DNA of 60,086 nt from Poseidonia sp. (GCA_030827475.1 JAUREJ010000009.1:1-60086); one strand, 5' to 3'; positions 46,341 through 55,822 are shown, counted from the first letter of the stretch. Notes: a model not told the origin generated them from the letters alone. A program made the numbers and translations.

Positions 46341-48573
46341 CATCATCGCCATCGCTCAGCGCTTAACCGAGGAAGGGTTGTTGGGGGCTCCTGCCCTTCG
46401 TTACGGTTCACCCGACCGCACAATGCTGGTCTCGGCAGGCCCTCCTTCGCATTTGGCCCGTTGGTCCTTGCTGAGCGGCCCGACAACCCAGCGTGTGACG
46501 GTTCGTCAACCATCTCGTGAAACGATGCCTTCGGCTCCATCCCACTCCCCGCTCGCCGGTGAAATCCGCCTGGTCGAAGCGAAGCCGCTGCTGCAAGCCG
46601 AAGTCGAAGAATGGAAGCACGGATCGTGGTACCACAGCGTCACGCTTCGTGCGACTGATCTGGGAGATTTGATGAAGAAATTGGGGGCTCAAACGCCAAC
46701 AGACCCCTTTCTCAATCCCCACGCCTCCTCGTTCCCTATGGCACCGTTCTGGTGCGGTGGATTGGCGTACGATTTGGTGCAGTGGACCCAGCCGTTGCTC
46801 TTGCAACATCCACCCGCCGAGGGGGCTCTCCTCGCCGTGCTTTGGTGCGTCACCAATGGCGTGGTGGTAGAAAACAGGACGGGAGAGACGACGGTGTTCG
46901 GAAACGACAGGACGTGGTGTGCAAAAGCCGAGGAGGCCATCGCCACGCCGGGGCATGTGGAAACGCCTCCGGAAGCCACGCACTTTCGAGAAGCGGTCAC
47001 GCACACCGACGAAACGCATCAAGCCAACATCGAAGCCGTTCGCGCAGGCATCGTCAACGGCCAGGTGTATCAGGTGAACATCGGGAAACACTGGCAGGGC
47101 GAAATCGACCATCCGTATGCCGTGTTTCAGCGCCTGCTCGTTACCAACCCTGCGCCGTATTCCGCGTACATTGAAGCCGAAGATCTCGGATTTGCCTTAG
47201 CAAGTTCCTCGCCGGAATCCTTGCTTACATGTCAAGAGGGGCGCTTGTCGACTTCACCGATCAAAGGCACGTGCCCCCAAGGGGAAAGCGATGCGGAGCG
47301 AGAAGCATTGCGAAACACCATGTTGCAGGACCAAAAAGAACGGGCGGAACACCGCATGCTCGTGGACTTGATGCGCAACGACCTCACCCGAATTTCTCAA
47401 CCTGGAAGCGTTGTCGTGAGTCGGTTTGATGTGGAAGCGTACGCCAATGTTCAGCATCTGGTCAGTCACATCACCTCCCAATTGAGAGAGGATGTTTGGT
47501 CGGGCGAAGCCTTGCAAGCCGTGTTTCCCGGTGGCTCCATCACGGGTTGCCCTCGCACGATGGTGTGTGCTGTCATCGACGAGCTCGAACAAATGCCGAG
47601 GTCCTATTGGACGGGTTCAGTGGGTTACATCGATGTTCACTCGGGAGCGTGTGCGTGGAACATTTTGATCCGAACACTCGAGGCTCACCGAAAAGGGAAC
47701 CAATGGATGGCTTCGGTTGGAGCAGGTGGGGGCATCACCATCGCCTCTGACCCCATCAAAGAGGTGGAAGAGGCGGCGTGGAAAGGTTCAGCCCTTCGCG
47801 TGGCTGCAGGTTGGATGCGAAACGAACACGCCCGCTTACCCCAAGCATCGCTGAGCATCCATCCAATCCACGCAGAGGCTTCCTCCACCGTGCCCGAGGC
47901 AACAGGAACCATCCAGTCGTTGAAACAAGCGCTACGTCAAGAGCGCTCCACGGGGGTTTTGTTCGTCGACAACCTTGACTCGTTTTCGCTGAACATCGCC
48001 GATGCCTTTGCCCAACTTGGGCACAACGTGACGGTGCTCGAGGGGCGCTCACCCAGCATGGAGTCGTACGTTGACCCGGTCGCCCTCAACGACCTGCTCG
48101 ACCGTCTCCAACCGACCCACATCGTGCTCGGTCCGGGCCCGGGTCGACCAAACGACGGAGCGCTCACCCTCGCCTTGGCGCATCACGCCTTGGCCGGTCA
48201 ACTCAATGTGCCCGTTCTCGGCGTTTGTTTGGGCCATCAGGCCTTGGCTCAAGCCGATGGCTGGAACATCCTTGCTGCACCCGAGGGGCCGGTGCACGGC
48301 GTTCCTGTCCTCGTTGAACACGACGGGTCCGGACTTTTCGGCGGACTCGGGGCAGAGGGGATGGTTTTGACGCGGTACAATTCCCTGGTGGCTGAACGCA
48401 CCGCAAAGGCCGCGTTGTTCACGAACGCCACGGAAAAGGAAACGGGGTATGTCATGGGATTGCACCATCCGTCCCTGCCGATTCACGGGCTGCAAGTTCA
48501 TCCAGAATCAATCGGATCGCCAAGAGGAAAGATGCTGTTGAAGACCTTTCTTGAAATTCAATCGGATGGTTGA
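46330..48573 (+). CDS. Fused chorismate-binding (PabB/TrpE) and glutamine amidotransferase (PabA/TrpG) protein, probably aminodeoxychorismate synthase
   Basis: GQVYQVN, NPAPY, SSSPE, PIKGT, KERAEHRMLVDLMRNDL, FPGGSITGCP, then DNLDSF, GPGPG, GVCLGHQ, QVHPES. Confidence 0.9.
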   Translation: MAHDIIAIAQRLTEEGLLGAPALRYGSPDRTMLVSAGPPSHLARWSLLSGPTTQRVTVRQPSRETMPSAPSHSPLAGEIRLVEAKPLLQAEVEEWKHGSWYHSVTLRATDLGDLMKKLGAQTPTDPFLNPHASSFPMAPFWCGGLAYDLVQWTQPLLLQHPPAEGALLAVLWCVTNGVVVENRTGETTVFGNDRTWCAKAEEAIATPGHVETPPEATHFREAVTHTDETHQANIEAVRAGIVNGQVYQVNIGKHWQGEIDHPYAVFQRLLVTNPAPYSAYIEAEDLGFALASSSPESLLTCQEGRLSTSPIKGTCPQGESDAEREALRNTMLQDQKERAEHRMLVDLMRNDLTRISQPGSVVVSRFDVEAYANVQHLVSHITSQLREDVWSGEALQAVFPGGSITGCPRTMVCAVIDELEQMPRSYWTGSVGYIDVHSGACAWNILIRTLEAHRKGNQWMASVGAGGGITIASDPIKEVEEAAWKGSALRVAAGWMRNEHARLPQASLSIHPIHAEASSTVPEATGTIQSLKQALRQERSTGVLFVDNLDSFSLNIADAFAQLGHNVTVLEGRSPSMESYVDPVALNDLLDRLQPTHIVLGPGPGRPNDGALTLALAHHALAGQLNVPVLGVCLGHQALAQADGWNILAAPEGPVHGVPVLVEHDGSGLFGGLGAEGMVLTRYNSLVAERTAKAALFTNATEKETGYVMGLHHPSLPIHGLQVHPESIGSPRGKMLLKTFLEIQSDG

Positions 48574-48609
48574 AGAATCCCTTGCCGTTGGGCAACATGA
48601 GGGAACGTC

Positions 48610-48996
48610 ATGCCAGCCTGTCGTCACTGCGGAAGCACGTATCCACGGGAGTTCTTCATCCACGGCAACGGACCCAACGCCCAAGTTTGCGTCCAATGCG
48701 GCGTCGACAAAGGATTGGTCACCAAAGAAGAAGTCCCTGTGCTCTTCGAAAAAGGGACTGCAGGTGCCCGATTCTCAGCCGTAGCACGACGTTACAGCAT
48801 GTTCCTCTACTTGCCGTTCCTTTGGGTCTTGTGGGGAGCCACGCTGTCCGATGTTGAGCCCTGGGGCCTCTTCTTCCTCGGATTGCTCTTGCTGCTCACG
48901 CTCGCAGCGCCGGTCCTGTTCATCTACCGAGGTGGCCGGTACTCCGGTGACATGGCTCGCCTTTCTCCGGCTTACGAACGCCCAAAAGGTCACTGA
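48610..48996 (+). CDS. Zinc-ribbon plus two-TM hypothetical protein
   Basis: CRHC...CVQC followed by two hydrophobic helices. Confidence 0.65.
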   Translation: MPACRHCGSTYPREFFIHGNGPNAQVCVQCGVDKGLVTKEEVPVLFEKGTAGARFSAVARRYSMFLYLPFLWVLWGATLSDVEPWGLFFLGLLLLLTLAAPVLFIYRGGRYSGDMARLSPAYERPKGH

Positions 48997-49001
48997 GCGG
49001 T

Positions 49002-50291
49002 TCATGTCTTGGCGTGAATTTTCAGGACATCGCCGTCGGCAAGTTCGTGATCAGCACCCACGACGCGACGGGTTCGTCCGTCAACACCACGGATGAAGCC
49101 TGCACCCAAATCGGTGTGGACGTGGTTGGCAAGCGCCTTGGCGTGCATGCCTTGAGGGACGACAAAGGCGTCTGGCAACACGCGCCCCTCTCCGTCAACC
49201 CAATGGGTTTCATCTTGGACAGGATAAACGACGATACGATTGAGGTGGTCAAACAGCACCGTATCGAGAAGACGAGCAAGCCCGGTGCCCCCCATCGTTT
49301 GCAATTTTGCGTGCATGTGATTCAATGCCTTTTGTTGGGCATCGCTCAGCGATGAAGCGGACGTCACCTCAAACGTATCCGCCCCCAGACGGTAGTGAAT
49401 CAAGCCGGATTCAGTCGCCCTGCGAAGCGCCAATTCCATGTCCGCCATGCACGGCACGATGGTTCGGTTGACAAACCGGTCGAACACGCCTAAAGGCGCA
49501 AGGTCGGCTTTGTTCGCCGCGTAGACGATGGGGAAGAGGTGGAGGCGCAAACTTTGGCCAAGTTGCTGGAGAACGTCAGCCCCCCAATCCCAGGGTTGGC
49601 CCTCAACCGAACGGTGCTCTCGGAAATGCATCATCGCCTGCATCACCAGTGAATGGGTTGCGCCCAACCCGCTCAAGCGTTCATGAATAAACGAGACGAG
49701 GCCTTTCTCGCCCTCGGCCTGTACCCGCCGTACGCCTCGGTTCCATCCATCGTTGAGCAGCCCGCCAATCCAAGCATCCAGCTCGTTTTCAAGGAAGGTG
49801 ATTTCCGCTTCCATGCGATTGGAGGCGTCCTCGAGGGACGCTGCACCGCCGAGGTATTGGCCTTCTTCGTCGGTGGTGCCTGCAGCATCAAGCACCTGAA
49901 TCAGCACGTCGCAATTGGCCAAGTCCGCGAGGAAAGCGTTGCCACGGCCCCGACCTTCGCTCGCACCAGGGACGAGGCCGGCAACGTCAACCAGCGCTAC
50001 GGGGACAGACCGTCGGTGACCGATGCACGTTCCCGTCCGAGGTTCGCAAAGACTTCCTTGACGAGGATCGTCAGGCGTCATGGGCGCCAACCGGCCTTCG
50101 TCTTCCAACTTTTCCCGCAAACTCTTGCACGCACAAGGAAGCCGTGCTTCAACAAAAGCAACACCGACATTGGGGTCAATGGTGCAGAAAGGGTAGTTCG
50201 CAATATCAACCTGCGCAAGCGTGGCCGCACTAAAGAAAGTGGATTTGCCGACATTCGGTTTTCCGACCAGCCCGATGCGCACAAGCATCAC
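49002..50291 (-). CDS. ychF: YchF/Obg-family NTPase (archaeal type) with TGS domain
   Basis: GKPNVGKST, NYPFCTIDPN, DVAGLVPGA, GRGNAFL, NKAD, HTDL...DGDVLKI. Confidence 0.92.
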   Translation of the reverse strand: MMLVRIGLVGKPNVGKSTFFSAATLAQVDIANYPFCTIDPNVGVAFVEARLPCACKSLREKLEDEGRLAPMTPDDPRQGSLCEPRTGTCIGHRRSVPVALVDVAGLVPGASEGRGRGNAFLADLANCDVLIQVLDAAGTTDEEGQYLGGAASLEDASNRMEAEITFLENELDAWIGGLLNDGWNRGVRRVQAEGEKGLVSFIHERLSGLGATHSLVMQAMMHFREHRSVEGQPWDWGADVLQQLGQSLRLHLFPIVYAANKADLAPLGVFDRFVNRTIVPCMADMELALRRATESGLIHYRLGADTFEVTSASSLSDAQQKALNHMHAKLQTMGGTGLARLLDTVLFDHLNRIVVYPVQDETHWVDGEGRVLPDAFVVPQGMHAKALANHVHTDLGAGFIRGVDGRTRRVVGADHELADGDVLKIHAKT

Positions 50292-50301
50292 CGAGCGTTC
50301 T

Positions 50302-52287
50302 TCACTCCTCTTCTACCGAGGCGGTGATGTTGTGGTCCCGCTTGACTTGAGCGATGGCGATGTCAAGTTCGGGGAGGTTCAATTCGCCGTCTCCGTCGAG
50401 GTCCATGCTCTCAACGAGGTCAGCAGCCTCAATACTGGACAAGGCCGTGATGTTGGAGTCCTCGAGGGCAGCCAAAAATTCCCGGCTGTCAATCTTCCCG
50501 GATTCGTCAAGGTCCATGCTTCGGAAGAGGTCGAACACCGATTGGTCCGTGTCAACGAGGTATTGGACGAAGTCCACCATGGCTTGGGCCGTCGTGGCCG
50601 GGAACTCGGTGATCTCGTCGTTGTGGAGAGCCGCAGCAACGCCGATGACGGTAGAACCGCCTTCGGCTTCCGATGCTTCACCCACGAGAAGTTCGGTATC
50701 AACGCCGACTCCGCGCCCGATCAGCGCTCGAATGGTGGTGGAAGAACCGGCGACCAGCGTGTAGGTGGAGACGTCCGAGGCCACAATTGCGTCCACGGTT
50801 CGACCGGAGGAGGAAATGCCTGTTCGAATGGTGACCAAGGTCGCAAAGATGGTTCCGATGCCAAGCAAGTAGAACAGGGCAGCACCCGTCAAGTAGAAGC
50901 CGCCGTTGTTCGCCACAACATCTTCGATTTCAGAGGATGCAACTGCATTGGCGGTGAACTCGCCCGTCAGATAGATCAGCGTTGATGCAACGCCCCCCAC
51001 CAACACCAACCACGAGGCCAGATGGGCGCTTGAAGGGGTGGCCAGCGGCTTTCCAATCGCCAGCGGGTAGTTGGTGAAGACACCGGCAAGAACGAGCAAG
51101 CCCCCGACCGTGAAGAGCATGCCGAGGTCGACGGCGTGAGCCATAGTGCCCAATTCACCGGTTCCAACGAAGGTGTCCATGGCGGTGAAGTACCCGCCGA
51201 TGGCAAAGAATGGAAGCACCATGAACGCCATGACGCCCGCCATGGCTCCGGGGTGCTTGACCGCCGCACTCAAACCGCTGGCTGCGGTCATGACGAGGTT
51301 GATGGAGACCGCAAAGAGAGGCAGCATACCGAGGGTCAGGAGGATGGCCCCTAGGTTGGTTACGAAATTGCTTCCTGAAGCCTCGGTCATGAAGAACGGA
51401 GGGACGGTCACGAAGAGCAGGAACATGCTGGCTGTCCGCATCGAGCCCGACCAAATGGGTTGCTTGGAGGCCATGGGAATCACGTGATAACCGACGGCGA
51501 ACATGAAGGCCAGCGGAGCCCAGCCCAGCGCAACACGCTCACCGAACCAAACCACCTGGGTCGCATCGGCAAGCTCGCCGAAGAAGATGAAGAACATCGA
51601 GAGGATGTAGGCTGCAAGCCCCATGATGAGGAACCAAGCGCTCGTTTGGAGATCTTGTTCACCGCGCTGTGCAACCGTGATGAGGACGTTGATGAAAACC
51701 GGAAGCAACAACATGCCGACGACCACCGTTTCAAGGCTGAACAAGAACGTGCGGTAGGGATTTTCTGAGGTGTCGAGGTCCAAGAACCCGAAGATGAACG
51801 GGAGGATGTACGTGGCCAGAAGAACCGCAGACAGCAGAACGGCCACCATCGAAGCGTTGGCCTCGCTGGCGAGGCGTCCGTTGCCGTTGCGTGCAGCGGC
51901 GACCATGGCGCTTCCGATCAGTCCGTAGAGCAAAGCGATGCTGAGGAAGTTCACCGTGGCGTCTTTCAGTGACGACCCATCATCGTAGGACCAACCGACG
52001 CTAGCGAGCGAATCCAGTGCGGTGGGGTCGTAATTGTGCCAGCCCCAGAGGAAGCCAAGGACGCTGGAAAAAACCAACCAGAGCATGCCGAAATTCATCC
52101 AGGTGCGGGAACCGCTACCGTCTTTGTCGTCAAAGATGTCAACGAGACCGGGCGGGTTCTTTCGGAGCACAAACAGGCCGATGTGTTGGAGCGCACCGCC
52201 CACCGAGCCAACGCCCTTTGCGAGGGATTGGGAGAGCAAAAACAGGGCACCAATCATGAAGGCGCCAGCAAAGAAAACCGTTTCCAT
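50302..52287 (-). CDS. Multi-TM CcoN (cbb3 oxidase subunit I)-like protein lacking His ligands, with C-terminal EF-hand pair
   Basis: About 12-13 TM helices, CcoN-like loop motifs (YHVIPMASKQPIWS, NYPLAIGKPLAT), EF loops DLDESGKIDSRE and DLDGDGELNLPE. Confidence 0.7.
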   Translation of the reverse strand: METVFFAGAFMIGALFLLSQSLAKGVGSVGGALQHIGLFVLRKNPPGLVDIFDDKDGSGSRTWMNFGMLWLVFSSVLGFLWGWHNYDPTALDSLASVGWSYDDGSSLKDATVNFLSIALLYGLIGSAMVAAARNGNGRLASEANASMVAVLLSAVLLATYILPFIFGFLDLDTSENPYRTFLFSLETVVVGMLLLPVFINVLITVAQRGEQDLQTSAWFLIMGLAAYILSMFFIFFGELADATQVVWFGERVALGWAPLAFMFAVGYHVIPMASKQPIWSGSMRTASMFLLFVTVPPFFMTEASGSNFVTNLGAILLTLGMLPLFAVSINLVMTAASGLSAAVKHPGAMAGVMAFMVLPFFAIGGYFTAMDTFVGTGELGTMAHAVDLGMLFTVGGLLVLAGVFTNYPLAIGKPLATPSSAHLASWLVLVGGVASTLIYLTGEFTANAVASSEIEDVVANNGGFYLTGAALFYLLGIGTIFATLVTIRTGISSSGRTVDAIVASDVSTYTLVAGSSTTIRALIGRGVGVDTELLVGEASEAEGGSTVIGVAAALHNDEITEFPATTAQAMVDFVQYLVDTDQSVFDLFRSMDLDESGKIDSREFLAALEDSNITALSSIEAADLVESMDLDGDGELNLPELDIAIAQVKRDHNITASVEEE

Positions 52288-52301
52288 TCATCACACCTCC
52301 C

Positions 52302-52574
52302 TTATTCGGCAAGCACCTCGCCCACCAAAGTTGCAACGATCGCTCCCACACCGATGAGGAAGCCGATGAGATAGTACCAGATGCCGCTCCCGCCGAGGTT
52401 CTGAACCAGCGGCACGAGTTCGCCGAGCAGGGGCAGATTGTCCCAACCGAAGATGTTTGAGAAAAGAGAATACAAGCCGAGCAAGCCAACAAAAAAGAGC
52501 GTCAAAACAATCCTGCTGGCAGTGGGTTCGCCCGTGCCGACGGTCGTGTCGGGAAGGGCTCGAGCGTTTGTCAT
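52302..52574 (-). CDS. Small two-TM membrane protein
   Basis: Two hydrophobic helices. It ends 14 nt before the next ATG, with a GGAGGTG SD in between. Confidence 0.65.
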   Translation of the reverse strand: MTNARALPDTTVGTGEPTASRIVLTLFFVGLLGLYSLFSNIFGWDNLPLLGELVPLVQNLGGSGIWYYLIGFLIGVGAIVATLVGEVLAE

Positions 52575-52590
52575 ACGGTGCACCTCAAAA

Positions 52591-52607
52591 TGACCCCATA
52601 GGGGTCA
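52591..52607. promoter_or_regulatory. Palindromic site TGACCCC-ATA-GGGGTCA
   Basis: Perfect 7-bp inverted repeat 17-33 nt upstream of the ATG at 52574. Confidence 0.4.
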
Positions 52608-52681
52608 AACCTCCGACTGGACGGGCGGTGATAAACATTCACCACGCTCAATGACGAAAAAGAACGACCTGCAAGGCGGTC

Positions 52682-53848
52682 TCAGGGTGAGCGAAGGGCG
52701 TCAACAACCCTCCCGCGTCGGGGTTTCGAAATCCCGAGTGGGAGCGGCAGGTGGCGTTCCAACATGACTTCGGTTTCCCATACGCCACGGCACGTACAAT
52801 CCAACCCTTCGAATTCGAGCAGACTTCCCGACACCGCATAACGTTCGATGGCGGCGACGACCTCGGAATCGCAGGTCCCGCAATTGTGCGAACCGCGTAT
52901 TTTCCCTCCAGCCGTTGGGTGCACGATGAGGCGAGATACCTGGTCTTCATCACCGTTCGTGCCGCCCTTCGGGTGGATCACAGCGTGGGCTCGCTGAATC
53001 ATTTCAACCAACGACCAAAGCCACGGAGGGCGGTATTCGTTGTGCCGATGGAGGCGGTCGATGACGGTCCCCCGTTGGATGTTCATCGGATTGACCGAGA
53101 TTTCGTCCGACCGATCTGCAACGGCTGCAATCCACGTGACGCAGTGGTCAAGGGCATCGGCTTCGCTCATGAACGGCGGCTTGAACATCAGGTAGGTTTT
53201 GACGCGGAGATTGAAGCGCTGAAGATTCACCACAGCACGGTCCCATGCGGCGGTGGAGAATCCTTTGTTGACATGGAAGCGAAGCACTTCATCGTCGTAA
53301 GCCTCGAGGCCGATGGCCACGGTAAACGAAGGGTTGATGCTCGTGGCCCAAGCGAGTTTGGCTTCCGTGAGTTGTTCACATCGGCTCTCAACGATGAGTT
53401 CCTTCCCAAGTTCGTGGCAGTCTCTCAAAACGGTTTCTTGGAAATCAACGGGAATTTCCCGGTCCTCGAGCAGGCTTCCTGAAGTGTAGACCTTGACCAT
53501 GGCCTGTTCGCTGAAGTTGTCAAACTTCTTCTTCGCAGCTGCCCATTGGGCGTGGAGGTCCTCGCTGGTCACATCGTCTCGGGTGTCGTTGAAGTATCCG
53601 CAAAAGGTGCACCCCGATGACCACCACCAATGGCATCCCTTGGTGCGAAGAATCACGGTGACGGCAGAACAAGGCGTTCCGTCCTCCTGCACTTCGGGTG
53701 TCGTGTACACCGTTGCAGGCTCAGAAGCATCCCAAGATTGTTGCTTGGCCTTGGCCCAAGGAGTGTTCGCCGGAGCTTTCACCAAGTCGTGAATTCGAAG
53801 GCCGCGGTCGGTGGTGCCGAGTAAGGACTGGGGACGAGGGTCGGCCAT
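52682..53848 (-). CDS. Archaeosine biosynthesis radical SAM protein RaSEA
   Basis: ILRTKGCHWWWSSGCTFCGY (CX6CX2C), KVYTSGS, VESR, IGLE, KPPF, YRPPWLWS, RGSHNCGTCD. Confidence 0.9.
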   Translation of the reverse strand: MADPRPQSLLGTTDRGLRIHDLVKAPANTPWAKAKQQSWDASEPATVYTTPEVQEDGTPCSAVTVILRTKGCHWWWSSGCTFCGYFNDTRDDVTSEDLHAQWAAAKKKFDNFSEQAMVKVYTSGSLLEDREIPVDFQETVLRDCHELGKELIVESRCEQLTEAKLAWATSINPSFTVAIGLEAYDDEVLRFHVNKGFSTAAWDRAVVNLQRFNLRVKTYLMFKPPFMSEADALDHCVTWIAAVADRSDEISVNPMNIQRGTVIDRLHRHNEYRPPWLWSLVEMIQRAHAVIHPKGGTNGDEDQVSRLIVHPTAGGKIRGSHNCGTCDSEVVAAIERYAVSGSLLEFEGLDCTCRGVWETEVMLERHLPLPLGISKPRRGRVVDALRSP

Positions 53849-53883
53849 GGGGTCACCGCATGCTTGCGTCGGTGTCGTTGGTT

Positions 53884-54957
53884 TCAAACCACCGCATCCG
53901 GCTTTCCGATGCTCGATTCAAAGAAACCCACCATCCGGTCCCGGTATTCGTCGGGTTGGGTGAGCATCAGCGTGACGTGCGAGAGAATGCCTTCCCGGTC
54001 CCGGTCGTTGTGGGCAACCCCGGAGGAGGCAAACCAGCAGTCAACGGACCCGTCCTCGTTCACGCCCGCTTGAGCGGCTTCGCACATGGATTCCCCGTGG
54101 TGGATGTTGATGCGGACATCTTCCAAGGATTGAGTGATGAACACCGAACGGTCCCCCACATCAGCCATGGCATTGATGGGTTCGTACTGAACGAGATCAT
54201 CCCCGGACGAAACTTTCCCAGCAAAGATGGCTGCATCCTTCAGGAAAGGAGGGAAACCGGCAAACACCAACTCTTCATGGATGATGGTACCCATCGAAGA
54301 GAACGGTGATTCAAGGAAAATGGACTGCAATTTCGGTTCTTGCTCAAAGGCGATGGTGACGGCCCCCGCGCCCATCGAGATGCCTACCCCACCGATGTTT
54401 TCGGGCGCTGTACCCTTCTCATCCTGAATCCACTGCCAAACAGCAAGGAAATCCCGGTACTCTCGCTGACCCGCCGAAACCAAACCGTCCTCGGTCGTGC
54501 TGTCGCCGTGGTCTCGCATGTCGAAGAGGATGACGTTGAACCCTGCTTGGTGGAGCCACGCTGCAGGAATCAACACTTCGTGGTTGGCTTTGCAGGACCG
54601 GATACCGTGGACGAGGATGACCCAAGGGCTGGAAGCGTTGCTCTCCATCACCCAAGCCGCCAACGTGATGGGTTCATCCGGCACGTCGATGGTGACGTTG
54701 TCCCACTGGTCAAACCACAACGGTTGGAGGTTGGAAGCCAGGGTCTCGTTCTTCTGATGTGTCACCGTGGCCACGTCTTCGTGCCACAATTCAACGCTAA
54801 ACTCAGCCGGTGAATTTCGGGCGGCGTGTCCAGAGCAGTCTGGACTGCTCGCAGCCGCCTGCGTGTAAACGAGGTTGCCGACCTGGAAGTAAGCAAACGG
54901 CATGCTCGCTATGAGAAAAATCAACACCGCAGGAACGGTTCGTCGCCATCCACTCAT
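53884..54957 (-). CDS. Alpha/beta hydrolase with N-terminal signal/TM
   Basis: LVHG, FDMRDHGDS, nucleophile elbow GISMG, D in EDVRI, H in SHV. Confidence 0.88.
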   Translation of the reverse strand: MSGWRRTVPAVLIFLIASMPFAYFQVGNLVYTQAAASSPDCSGHAARNSPAEFSVELWHEDVATVTHQKNETLASNLQPLWFDQWDNVTIDVPDEPITLAAWVMESNASSPWVILVHGIRSCKANHEVLIPAAWLHQAGFNVILFDMRDHGDSTTEDGLVSAGQREYRDFLAVWQWIQDEKGTAPENIGGVGISMGAGAVTIAFEQEPKLQSIFLESPFSSMGTIIHEELVFAGFPPFLKDAAIFAGKVSSGDDLVQYEPINAMADVGDRSVFITQSLEDVRINIHHGESMCEAAQAGVNEDGSVDCWFASSGVAHNDRDREGILSHVTLMLTQPDEYRDRMVGFFESSIGKPDAVV

Positions 54958-55814
54958 TCTTCTCCCTCCGAAATTGATTCAAAGACCACGCTGGTTCCAG
55001 CCATCAAATGCATCCCCTTCGGATGGTCCTTTTGGCCGTCCTCTGCGGTGATGATTGAAGAAATGTACGCTTCCGCAGGGACGCGAAGGTCTACTCTTGA
55101 GCCCAGACGGATCATGCCGATGCGCTGTCCACGACGAACCGGGTCGCCGTCAAAGACGTAAGGCACCACCGTGCGAGCAAGCGCTCCGGAAATTTGGTTG
55201 AGTTCAATGCGATGACCGTTTTCGAGGAGGTGCACCGAACGAACGCGTTCGTTGTGCTCGCTCTCTTTCGTGTAGGCTGCTCGGAAAGGCCCCCGACGCA
55301 ACCCTTTGCCCGTACGATGTTCAATTCGCTCCACGGTCCCTGCGCACGGGGCCCGATTGACATGAACGTCAAGCGGTGACATGAAGATCGCAAGCCGCCA
55401 AACATCGGTGGGTTGCTCTTCTCCCGCTTTGACGGCTTCGTACCGCTGTTCGGTTTCAAAACTCAGCGGGTCGTCGAGCGGTTGGGGAAACCAATCGCCG
55501 GTCAGCGGGTCGGTTTCCACGCGTCCTCGAGCGATGTCCGCTTTTGAAGGTCGCCGGCCAACAGCACGCTCCCTTCGCAAAAACATCGCGTGACCGTCGG
55601 CGGGCGAGACCAAGATGCCTTCTTTCCGAGGCACGGGCCGGTCTGGGTCGCGCCAAAAATAGCCAAAGAACACGGCCGCCATTAAACAGCCCATACCGAA
55701 AAGAGGCACGAGACCAGCAACAGGGTCGATCAAAGAGCCGATGACAAGGGCGCTCACGCCCATCATGCTCATCGTCAAAACGGGGGCATGACCGCCCCGG
55801 GCCAATCCGGCCAT
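54954..55814 (-). CDS. psd: Phosphatidylserine (archaetidylserine) decarboxylase proenzyme
   Basis: FWRDPDR, SPADG, IFMSPLDVHVNRAP, NER, GMIRLGSRVD (pyruvoyl cleavage site). Confidence 0.92.
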   Translation of the reverse strand: MAGLARGGHAPVLTMSMMGVSALVIGSLIDPVAGLVPLFGMGCLMAAVFFGYFWRDPDRPVPRKEGILVSPADGHAMFLRRERAVGRRPSKADIARGRVETDPLTGDWFPQPLDDPLSFETEQRYEAVKAGEEQPTDVWRLAIFMSPLDVHVNRAPCAGTVERIEHRTGKGLRRGPFRAAYTKESEHNERVRSVHLLENGHRIELNQISGALARTVVPYVFDGDPVRRGQRIGMIRLGSRVDLRVPAEAYISSIITAEDGQKDHPKGMHLMAGTSVVFESISEGEE

Positions 55815-55822
55815 GCATTCAC

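Noticed and set aside
50302-52287. Functional cbb3 oxidase or NO reductase
   Set aside because: The required His ligands are not visible and partner cytochrome subunits are absent.
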